Shown: positions 1 through 10,346 of the stretch, piece after piece
Layout: each line of letters begins with the position of its first letter
How positions within the stretch are numbered: the stretch's first letter is position 1
Assembly: GCA_973895155.1 (NCBI GenBank)
Contig: OZ316891.1
Coordinates: 17,544,095-17,608,094 of the forward strand
Length of the DNA stretch: 64,000 nt
From: Marsupella aquatica
Lineage: Eukaryota; Plantae; Marchantiophyta
Direction of reading: 5' to 3'
The notes under the pieces: model-generated
Seen by the model: the letters and a program-made list of their open reading frames with translations, nothing else
The model's database searches: none
Told to the model about the DNA's origin: nothing
Position numbers and translations under genes: made by a program

Positions 1-49
1 GCACACTTTTTATTGCCCAAATGTTCATAAATTGAATAATAATTCACTT

Positions 50-2854
50 TTAATGAATAGATTGATAAATGGACCTTCCGGTTGGAGGGTACCAAGGTTG
101 TTTCACATGTGCTTTGTATTGATATATTGGAACAATATCTCTCATAGAGAAAAGAAATGTCACTGGTTTTGAGTGACCCATTATGTCTTTTACCTTGAAA
201 GTTTTCAAAAACTCTTTGTAAGCTGCAACCTCTTGGATCAACCGTGGGACAAGATAAATGCTTTCACACTCCCAAACCTCAGCCATCAACCCCAAGAGGG
301 TAGAAACCTCCTTGTACTTCACTTGGTTGGATACTTTCAAAAACAATGCATCGACATCCTCATGGGTGTGACCAACCATGAGAAACGATATCTGCACTGT
401 TTCAAAAACCCCTCTACTAACAAGCTCACTGCAAAATGCCATCACGTACTGGTTTTTGTTATCTTTCCCTGAATTATCCAATTGCAAGGTCAGGTGCCTT
501 GGCAATGGTTTGAAAGAGGTAGACGTAGCCTTGGAATCAACACCAAATTTGTCTTGGTCATCTTCAGCTCCTTGAAATCTAGCAATTGAGACTTTTTTGG
601 GTTCTAAGTAACCTACGAGAAATGCTTCAAAGTCCAAAAGAGATTGAAAAATTGGCCTCGTTGCAGCCCAATATAATCCTTCAAGGAGGTCTCCAGATTT
701 GTCCCCCTTGTAATCCTCCAGATCTCTAAGGCACTTGGCCAATGATGTCACTGTGAAGTCTGCATCTCCCGGCCAAAGCCCAGTGAAACTGAAGTGAGCA
801 TACACTCCGGGATCCCTTCCATGGGTCAACATCCCAATGAGCGCAATGGGGAGCGGTTGACCACTACCAGACAATGATTTAGGAGTGGAGACCAACCTAG
901 GGATCCTTGTCTTGGCCTGGTCCATCTTGTCATGTATAATGCAAAGATAGTTCTCAGGATCCTTCTTCGCAAGAACCCTATGAGCATAGTAAACATATCT
1001 CCTAGACATTTGCTCACAAAGATGGCGAGCTCTTCTTTCCTCAATCTCTAAACGCTCTTTCTTTCTTTTCTCCCGCATCAACTGATCTTTGAACTCAGTG
1101 CAAAGTGTACACTTTGCAAATGCACTTCCCTTGTGAAAGTCAAAATTCATGAAGGACTCACTCCAGAGTTTATACATAGTGTTTTCACTCACCTTCACGT
1201 AGCCATCTAATTCCATTTTTGAGTATACGGTCTCCTCCAAAATCTCTTTCTTCGTGAAACAAGATTGGAAGTCTGTACTCAACCGTGTCAGCCCCGTGAG
1301 ACCCTTCATAGGGAAGATGCGGCATGGGTTCTCCGTTTTGGATTAGAATGGACTCCAACAAAGCACGAGCATGCAAGGTGCTTCCCCGTGTCTTGTGTGA
1401 ACCCTTGTTTCCGTGGAATCCAACCGTGCAACCTACTTCATATTGATTTTTGTAATCATAATACTTGGCAGTGCTGAATCCATGCATTTTAATAAATGCA
1501 CCCTTGCAAACAAGTCTACTTCTTACAACGAAATATCCTTTTGTCTCCACTTCCTTCTCCCTACAGCCAAAAAGAGTGAGAATGTGACTGGTTTTGTTGT
1601 CGCTTGACATCCCATGGTATTCCCTCCTTATTGCCTGTAGGTCTTCTCTTGGCATGTTGAGGCAACACTTCAACTTACAACAACCTTCTCTTTGGATGGA
1701 GTCGATTTCCTCCTCTGTGATTTTCAGTATCGCTTGAGACTCCAAGTGCTTCTTCCTTTTTTCATCTGGGTTGACCTTTGTTCTCTTGATGAAATTATAC
1801 GGGCGCTTCGAAAATTCAGTGTCACCTTTCATATCTACCTCTAGATGATCTTGACCATCAATAATTGGTTTCGGAGAAACCTCTTCAATGAGATCCAGAA
1901 GAAAAATACCCCTTGATATCAGCAGAAGTGAACGGACGGCCCACCTAACAAGACCAGGCACTCCTGGGGAGATATTTGGGAAAAATAGAGGGTCAATCGC
2001 GCGTGTGACAGCAACCCAACGTGATCTGGTCCAAGAACATCATCATCAATTGCACCTGACTCGAAAGGAATTGTGATGATGCCAACCCCCACTTTGGTCT
2101 GATTATCCTCAGCATACAATTCCACCTCCTCGGTCATCCAATTAGAACGCAAACTATAATCCTTGAAATTATAATTTGAAAAAACATACCATGTGGACAG
2201 GTCGTTTAGCATATCCTGGGAAGAACTCCTCCGAGTAACATCCTTTAAATTCCAGAATACAAAAGTGTCCAATGCTTCCTGAACGGTATCGGCTCCATTG
2301 TGAGGAAAGGGTAACCTCTCCCTTCCTTGAAAAACTTCACATATTTTCACACTAATCCTAGAAGTGCCAAGTCTTTCATTGTGACAGGTCTCATCGGGAT
2401 TCGTCTTGAACACAAATCCACGAGCCACAATCTGATTGCCGATCCAGAGCTCGACTTCATCGCCAAATATAATCGAGTCTCCAAAACTTCCCACTGAAGA
2501 TTTGTCTGGTACAAAACCGGGAACCGTATCCTTTGCAGAACAAGATGCATCCATTTGTGTTGTCGCTGGAGTTGACTGTGACTTCAAATATGCAAAAGAG
2601 GCATCCCAAATAATGCAGGAGTCGACAGCATCAAACAGGGTCCTGATCGGCGGCAAAGGGTAAGGAATTTCTCGTGATCCCTCATAGCACTTCTCAATGA
2701 GAACTCCTATATGATTACTTCCCAAATCAACATTACGCACTGAGTCACCCGAGTCAACCTTGAGGACGGTCCCGCAAGCAACTTCCACTCCGTCGATTAC
2801 GAGGCAAACCTTGTCCCCTCGAAAGAAAATCCCCATTTTGAAAACATGGTCCAA
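50..2854 (-). pseudogene. DDE transposase (Sola-like/DUF7869-type) with 3 N-terminal Tnp1/En-Spm-like (DUF8039-type) repeats; two frameshifts
   Basis: ORFs 1919-2854, 1185-1961 and 50-1309 join into one reading frame after a 1-nt loss near 2020 (restores HVGVAVTRAIDPLFFP...VRW) and a 1-nt gain near 1266 (restores EYRLPSCFTKKEI). Motifs: CCKLKCC, FAKCTLC, IIHDKMDQ, LQLDNSGKDNKN, FLMVGHTHEDVDALF. The N-terminal repeats read VA.G.V...LG..HI.V.I.....PYP....L.DA....I.W. Confidence 0.85.
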
Positions 2855-3579
2855 ATTGTTGGATGTAGTTACCTCGAGATCATCTCGAGGTAAAGTGACT
2901 ACAAAAACAAACCAAAAAACCCAAGTGTAGAAGTTTATCCCACAAAATTGTGTGATAGAGAAAATAAGAAACTCTTCTACCTCGAGACGATCTCAAGGTA
3001 GAAGAGGGACCAAAAACTCCAATATGTAAAAATTCAGAAGTATTTAGTTGGAGACGATCTCGAGGTAAAATATGAAATCTCACTAAATAGCGAATTCAGA
3101 TTCTATACCTCCGACTCTCTACAAACTCAATTATAAGAAGGAAAACTGAATGCACCATTAGAAAGAAGGCAAAAGTGAATAAGTTTGAGGATCAAACTTA
3201 TGACTCGAGATGATCTCAAGCCAAGAAGGACATTGTATTTGACAAAGAAACTATTATGAATTTTAAGCCACCCAAAATAAGAACATATAAATGGCTCTAG
3301 ATGATCTAGAGGAATGATTTGGTGCAATTAAGAAAGTAGGCTCCCAGTTTACTTCCAGACACTGAGAAATAGCTTCTAAAAGGCCATCAAATAGAGGGAA
3401 AAGGCTTCCAAATGGATTTTGACCGACACTAGTATAAGCTGAAAAGGTTTGGTTTTCTAAAAGATAGGAGCTCAATTATTTTAGACCTCCTTCAGGGATT
3501 AAAATGAGAATTTCTTGAAAATATCCTAAACACAAACGTAGAGTCCACAACCCTTGAAAAGAACAACAGAAAGAGATCA

Positions 3580-4060
3580 GAGCAAAAATCTAGAGCCAAA
3601 GAGAGGGAGAGGGAGAGGGAGAGAGAGCAGAGAGAGGCAGAGGGAGAAACAAGCGAGCAATGAAACGAAATGAGAAGAATGACCCGCTGGAGACCAAAGA
3701 GAAGCAATATATAAAACCCTGACAGACAAAAAGGCCAATAAGACGGCTTGGTTGAACTTGTGTCACGGCTAAACTCGCGGCACGGCTGAAGTACGAATAA
3801 CAATAATGACAACACGTGTGACCGTAATAATGACTGTACGCACCCAACAGGTTGCGTGGCAGCCTGCCTGAGCCTGCACGAGCCCTGGCACGCTTGGCAC
3901 GGCCAAGGCCGACCCCCGAGGGGCTTATAGTGGCTTCAGGGGTTTTGAATTCCCCATTTTCACATTCGCCTCCTCGCCTCTTCGCCTCCTCGCATCCCTT
4001 GCCTCCTTGCCTCTAGATTGTTTCGCGCTCTTGCCTCGAGATCCTTGTATTAGCCTCGAG
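3580..4060. promoter_or_regulatory. Putative bidirectional promoter of the transposon
   Basis: TATA-like tatataaaa at ~3707. A GA-rich tract at 3590-3650 reads as a CT-rich leader on the minus strand, and a CT-rich (cgcctc)n tract at 3968-4040 lies on the plus strand. A GC-rich core at 3770-3930 sits between the two divergent genes. Confidence 0.4.
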
Positions 4061-5349
4061 ATTGCAAAGGGTCGAGATTAGGTTTTTTCCTCGAGATTTT
4101 ATAGGGTCAAGATTTTGTGTTTAGGCTCGAGCTTTGATAGGGTCGAGATTTTCTGTTTAGGCTCGAGATTTGTGTTTAAGTTCTCAGCCCGTCGTACGTT
4201 CCTCTCTTCACCAGCCATGTTGACTGTTGTAGATTTCTCCAAGGAGGACTTCGCTGAGTACAACCTTGCAACCGTTGGCGAAGAGCTTCAGACCCATCTA
4301 GACTCAGCGCATCAGATCCATCGCACCATTAAACATAATTCATCATCTTTGTTCTGTTCAGGTTTAACTCGAGATCGTCTCGAGCTTCAATTGGTCCACT
4401 TGTTTCTGGATTCCTTGGATGCAGTTGAGGCTCGAGATCATCTCGAGCCTATTGATGTTTTCTGCAATACTTTACTTCAAAAGTTGTGATCTATCAATTG
4501 ATTTTGCATTTGATGTAAGTGGCATGAGGCTCGAGATCGTCTCGAGCCAATATGCAATTCCTGCATGTGACCTAGTGAGATTTCTTCAAGTTGGAAACCC
4601 TTATCCTTCAAAGTGAAACATCATATCCATAATATCTAAAATTTCCTTCCTCCAGGGACTTTTGTACCCTCCAACTCGTTTTGATCATTGACATCCAAAC
4701 AGGTTTGTGGGTATCAGAAGTCAATGGAGAAAGTGGATTTTAATCATTGATTGAATATGATGTTCATTGTTGAATATGATATTTGGATCACTCGTTTGAC
4801 ATGTTAGGCTCAAGATCGTCTCGAGCCAAATATATCCCTCACCATCTTCCATTATGGTCATTCGTATCCCTTGGCCAATTTCTTCCAGTTGGAAGGACTC
4901 CATGTCGTCTACTTCAATTACTCATATCCTTTTCATTGTGATCCAAGCTTGCCTTCTGGGCCACTTTCTTAGTCCTCCAACTCGTTTGTGAAGATGACAA
5001 ACCACTGAGTTAGAGGGTTTTGAATGTGGTCGAATAGGTGACATTGGATCATTCTTGAAAATGTTGTTCGTTAAATTTGAGTGGTTCATGATATGCAATG
5101 GAATAAAACCTCAACTGATATATATGAGGATCGAGATCATCTCGAGCCCTTGTCTTTTTCTTTTAAACAGATGGTGGTTCGAGATCATCTCGAGCCAATT
5201 GTGTTTCCTAACTATTGTGTTATCTTTTTAGATTTCTTGGGTTTGAAATCTCTTTTTAAATTCCACGGATGAAATGGCATTGGAACACGTCAGACTTAAA
5301 AGGAAGATCGAGATCATCTCGAGCCACCTATTTGTTTCTTGGTTTTGTA

Positions 5350-8300
5350 GTACATGTTTTTGACAATTGCTACATTTTGGCTGTACCAAGTGCAAAATTG
5401 GGATCGCCTAATTTGGTAGTCGAAGATGGTCGCAAAATCCATGGTTAGAAACCATGGAATGGTACCAGCTATGGCAGAGTTAATTCCGTATTCAAGAGAG
5501 AGTTTGCAGTTGCTCCATTATGAGAATACTGCTGAGGATCGAAAGGAGTTCGAGTGGGGTGTTAAGAATAAGAAGGTGCAGTTCCTTGCAATCAGTGGAC
5601 AACACTCGGCAAAGGCAGCTGTTTGGATCATAGGTTGGGCTAAGAGCGATGCAAAGTTGAAGGAGGTCGCAAAAAGTCTGTAAAAAGTCATGAATTTTTT
5701 CGGACAGAACTCCAAGAACAATACTTGCTCAACACTCACAAAGGGCAAATGCTGTTAATAAGACTATGGAGTATGAGTCCTGTTTTCTTGATACTATGGT
5801 CCATGCCCGTCGACAGTTTGACGAGTGTGGCCGTCCGGAGAGACCCGTGATTGGGTCCAATAGACTAACGGATCATCAAAAGTTCTAGGTAAATTCGAAC
5901 TCAAATCCACTTCTAGCTCAAGATTGTCTCGAGCCTCGAGGTCAAGTTTCTGTATTTGATTTATCTTCATGTATTCTCCCATAAATTTTACCATAGTTCC
6001 TTAATTCTACTTCGAGATCGTCTCGAGCCTCAGATTTTCTTTGTACTGTTTGGATCAGGATTTTATGGCCCTTGCCAAAATAACAACTGGAAAATCCGAT
6101 CTGAGGAATGTTTTTTGGTTGCTATTTTCGGATGAGAACCTCTTCCGAACTTGGAGACAAATGTGCATCGATTGGGTCAAGGGACTTCTTTCGGATGGTC
6201 TAGGGGAGTTAGGTTCAAAAATAAATGGGAAATCCTGGACAACAAAAATGATTACGCCGGCATTGTTTAGATGCTTTGAAGGAGACTTGAGTAGTGACGA
6301 CATTCTGAAAGTTTTTACTGCCGTTCAACAACAAAAGGTTTTATTGAAGAAAGACCCAGCCAACAAATCTGATGTTCAATCAATGAGTGATATGGCTCAT
6401 ACTTTCAAAGTCATGACCAAGCTGAGGGCAAAAATTATGGAGTACTTTGTTTTGAAGTATCCTGATCTGTTTGCCAATTCACTCACTTGGTTTGAGCTAA
6501 CTCAATTTTTGCCTGCATTTATGGATCGTGGTGAGTTGCCAAAACTTAGACAACTTGTTGGAGAGGTTTGGATTTCCAACCTCCTAAAAAGAAATAGGCC
6601 AAAAGACCCATTTCCACAAAGTCTCGTTGTTAGGCTTGAGCAGATATACTGCAAGGTATTTGGCGGGTTGCCTTCAATGGAGGATACTCCTTATCGCACA
6701 TTTTTTAGCGATAATTTGATGAGGACAATGAAGCCTGAGATTGTTGACTCGGTGCAAAGGATGTGCCCACTCTCCATTGTCGATTTTGGTCGTCTTCGAC
6801 AATAGTAGTGGACAGATGCCAAATTTTTTGTCTTGCTGGAGTATTGTTTGCAGATGGCGAACTCGACGGAGCTCTTAGTAATCTTTTTTGTCCGTCAAGG
6901 CCCATTGATAGGCCAGATTCAGAGTGCCTTTGAAAAGATTCGTCGTGAGAAGAAAGTCCACACGAAGCTGGAGTACGGGAGCTACTACCGTGATCAGCTG
7001 CCCAAGGAGGAGGGAGATTTTCTCATTGGAGCCCGAGACTCGATCATCTTTGGGGGAATTTGTTGTGAAGAGGAACCAGACTGGTCCCAAATTTTCTTTG
7101 ATGACTTTTATGCGTTTTGGAACTACAGTGAGAAGTGGGACAAAGACTTCACAGTCTTGCCTTTGAAGGCCCCTACTAGGAACAACAAAGACCAATCAAA
7201 GGGGAAAGATAAGCTCAATTAATCCACTATTGATGTCAAAGTTTTGGAGAAGATGGCCCCATCTTATGAGATGGTCGGTCGGCGTGGTGGCTTTGTAAAT
7301 CCAAGAGCAAAGCCTTTGCGAATGACAAAGCGTCTTGTTGATTATTTCTCGTGCCCACGTCATACAGGGTTGGATTTCTTCTCTGGAGGACAGACATTGA
7401 AAGCTTGTGTCATTCTTGGTCGGGATTGTTTTGTGTATTCGGACACAGCTCAAGAGATGGAATTCACAGAAGCCTTTGCTCAGCTCCTTCATGACAACAA
7501 GCAGGTTTTATATGTGCCACCCAATGAGCCGTTACCATCTGAGGAAATTACTGCCAGTCCCCTCGTTGTAATAGAAGAGGCGGCCTTAGACATAGCTCCA
7601 GTGGAAGCCAGTGTTTATGAGGAAGTATTTGCGGAGAATTTAGAGCATCGCAAAACAGAGGGCCCAAAAATCACAAGCTACATGGAAGAGGAGGGTGAAA
7701 TACTGCCTGAATTTGGAAATGATGCTTGAGATGATCTCGACGTTCCAGGTGTTCCTTCATCGGGTGACCTTGGGGATGCACAACGTGAACAACAGTCTTC
7801 AACCTTGGATGTTGGTTGGGAATCCACCTTGCAGGATGCAATTAGCCAACCAATTCCAAGCCCTCCTCAACTGGATGAGACTTTCTCTACTAAGAAAGCT
7901 AGTGGCTGCCATACTCCCCCTCAAGACGAGGCAGGTGCATCGTCCTCTCCCTTGGACCAAATGTTTTGCGCTTCAGAGAATAAGCTTGTTTTCACAGATT
8001 CTTCTACTGGAAGCCCCGTAATTCTCCCTTTCGTTAGGAAACTGGGGACTGAAATTGGTAGAACTGGTTACAAATCACTCAAAGCAAGTGCTACTCATTA
8101 TGTTTGGACTGATGGACCGTCAAAAGGTCAACAAGTCAGTATAGAGCAGTCTGAGAAGATTATTCGATCTAGAAAGTATAGGAAGGATAAGTTCAAATTA
8201 GTGTCAGTTTGGTCTGAGCCAGCTCTTGTTGAGACCCTTCCCGGAGGGATAAATTTGGACATCCAAAACCAACTAGGAGATAACCTTCTAGATGAATTTG

Positions 8301-9646
8301 GGTCTTTCAGCACGTGAGGTTGAAACCCAAGTTAGTTTGAACAGTCCTGAAATTCAGCCGTCGAAATTATTATGTCTACCTTCACAGAAATAGGCGGGCC
8401 CTTACCAGTTGTGGAGTGTGTCGACAATAATCTCCAAAGATGTCCTGAGATTTCTTCAACTACTGACCTTCAACCAACAATAGGTATGACGTTGACTGTT
8501 GTTCATTCACTTGTGATGCTCAAGATCGTCTCGAGCATTCCTCTGTTTTATCTCCCACAATTCTAACATTGGTGTTCCTTCTTTGCAGGACCCTTGCCTC
8601 CACTTCACGGTCCGATCAGACGGAAGCTATTGATTCTTGACCTCAACAAAATGTGTTGGGATTCTGTCAAAACGCCAAGTTCCGGACCGCGCCGTAGTGC
8701 AACAAGTGTCAAGGGTGTCCACTGGGGGAGACGTGGAGGGTTTAACTTTATGTATGTTGAGCGATCCCATCTTCACGAGTTCTTAATCGCAGCTTTTTTG
8801 TTATTTGATGTTGCCATTTGGACTTGTGCAAGGAAACCCAGGATGGATGAAATGATTCATTTGATCTTCAGTCAAGAAGAGCGAGAGCAATTCAAGTTTA
8901 TTCTCACACAAGAAGATACATTCGATACTGGAATCCAGAGGCCTGACATTACCGATGGGAAGGCAAATATTCATTTGAACGATTTGAGGGTGGTTTGGAA
9001 ACGTTATGGTAGATTATATGACGAAACTAATACACTCCTTCTTGATGACACTCCAATGAAGGCATTTTCAAATCCAGAGAATTGTGGGTTGTTTCCTTCC
9101 TCATTTTCGCATCACTCCACGAATGATACATTCTTTCCAGAAATACTATGGCCTCTGCTCAGGAAATTGTATCATGCCTTCAATCTTCAGCACTACCTTT
9201 TTATCAATCATCCAAAGTGGTCTATGATAAATGTTTTAGCCGATAGAGATCAACAGGCTGCCATTTATGCGTTGTTGACAGAGCGGTGGGGTAGTATGGT
9301 ATGGGTTCATTCGGTTATCCATACAGTCTTGGATGTCACAACGGACGAAATTCCTTGGGATGTCAAGAATGAAGTGCAACAATTACCACCAATGGAGGAA
9401 TTGACGGAGGAGGCGATCAATGACCTTGCAAAGACATTAATTGGATATTAGTACACAGGACCCTACAGAGACAATCATCGGGGATTTGTTTCGGAAGTCT
9501 TGAGGTGTAGGGACCTCACCACGAAGTTCTGGAATAGGAAGCCTCTCGATTTCTGCAATCGCGATATGAAATATGACCCGTCAGGGTCTAGATTTACTTG
9601 CTCAAATGAATTCTGCGGGGTGGAGGAGCATGAGATTTGGGTCTAG
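5350..9646 (+). pseudogene. Spliced cargo gene: ParB/Srx-like domain + beta-class N4C/N6A DNA methyltransferase-like fold + acidic linker + FCP1/HAD phosphatase domain (possible first exon at ATG 4217-4361)
   Basis: ParB-like YQV(Q/R)...FLAISGQHSAKA at ~5385-5620, then a frameshift near 5683. GT-AG introns at 5889-6058 and 8484-8588 preserve the frame. ORFs 6041, 6833, 7244, 7805, 8372 and 8594 share one frame and are separated only by stops explicable as C>T changes. MTase C-terminal motifs NPRAKPLRMTKRLVDYFSCPRHTGLDFFSGGQTLKACVILGRDCFVYSD at ~7298-7445. FCP1 motifs RKLLILDLN...R..LHEFL...FDVAIWT...DL..VW...YDETNTLLLDDTPMKA..NP at 8620-9110. Confidence 0.75.
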
Positions 9647-10346
9647 ATTATCTCGACCCTACACTGAACAGTTACAATGTGAGTTGTAGATATACATATT
9701 CTTAAAAAAAGTGAAGCTATGCGTACTATCCATTTGAGTCTAGATGCTGTTGATCCTCTTTTACTTGTACATATGTTCTCAAAAAAAGGTTATTTGGGTC
9801 TCGACCCTATACAAAGGGAATAGCTAGAGATATAGATTCAACAACGGGTCAAAATTATGTGGACCCTACATTTGGGTCGAGATAATCTTGACATAGATTT
9901 TTACATAGTAATTGATATACATTCAACAACCGGTCAAAACCATCTAGAGCCTGCATTGGGGCAGACGTGGTCTCGACCCTGTAAAAATAGGTTTTTTACT
10001 TTTATAATACATTACCGGTTTACCTTCTGTGTTTGTGTAACTTGGTTATCATGGGTCATTTGAATTTATTATATTGTCTTATTCTATTTTTTCATTGTTT
10101 ATATTGTATATAATAAGAATACTTTATTGTCTTTTAATTAATAAGTATTAATAATTGATAACTAAATTATTTAATTAATTATTTGGGAATTAGAATTGTA
10201 ATTTTAGACCTCAAAAAGTGTATATTTGGCCACTAAAATATATGCTTTTGGAGAACAAGTTATAGAACTTTTGGGGGTAAAATAAGAAATTTGAAGGTCA
10301 ACTTCTGGACAAGAGAAATTCCAGTTTTAATGAATAGGGTGATCTC

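Larger units (their letters stand above)
1838..9980. repeat. Dispersed 21-bp palindrome GGCTCGAGAT[C/G]RTCTCGAGCC, ~20 near-full copies plus half-sites
   Basis: Copies start at approximately 1838, 2872, 2980, 3047, 3203, 3293, 4367, 4429, 4528, 4807, 5128, 5176, 5305, 5915, 6009, 7723, 8517, 9639, 9874, 9932 and 9958. Half-sites cluster at 4034-4170. No full copy was seen beyond 10,346. Confidence 0.9.
1..10346. mobile_element. Large decayed DNA transposon (Sola-like/DUF7869-type DDE) with a divergent cargo gene; left end outside or interrupted at the window start
   Basis: Transposase pseudogene on the minus strand (50-2854) and cargo pseudogene on the plus strand (~4217/5350-9646). An element-specific 21-bp palindrome is spread from 1838 to 9980. 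An AT-rich subterminal stretch ends in ...aatgaatagggtgatCTC at 10346, where Copia 5' internal sequence begins. The right boundary is inferred, because the matching TIR and TSD are not in the window. Confidence 0.75.

Noticed and set aside
2872-6029. CRISPR-like array formed by the repeated palindrome
   Set aside because: Spacing is highly irregular (tens to hundreds of bp), copies sit in introns, there are no cas genes, and the context is eukaryotic.
5350-9646. Bacterial or phage contamination explaining the ParB and MTase domains
   Set aside because: The gene has frame-preserving GT-AG introns and a eukaryotic FCP1 domain, and it is contiguous with plant TEs and intron-rich plant genes.
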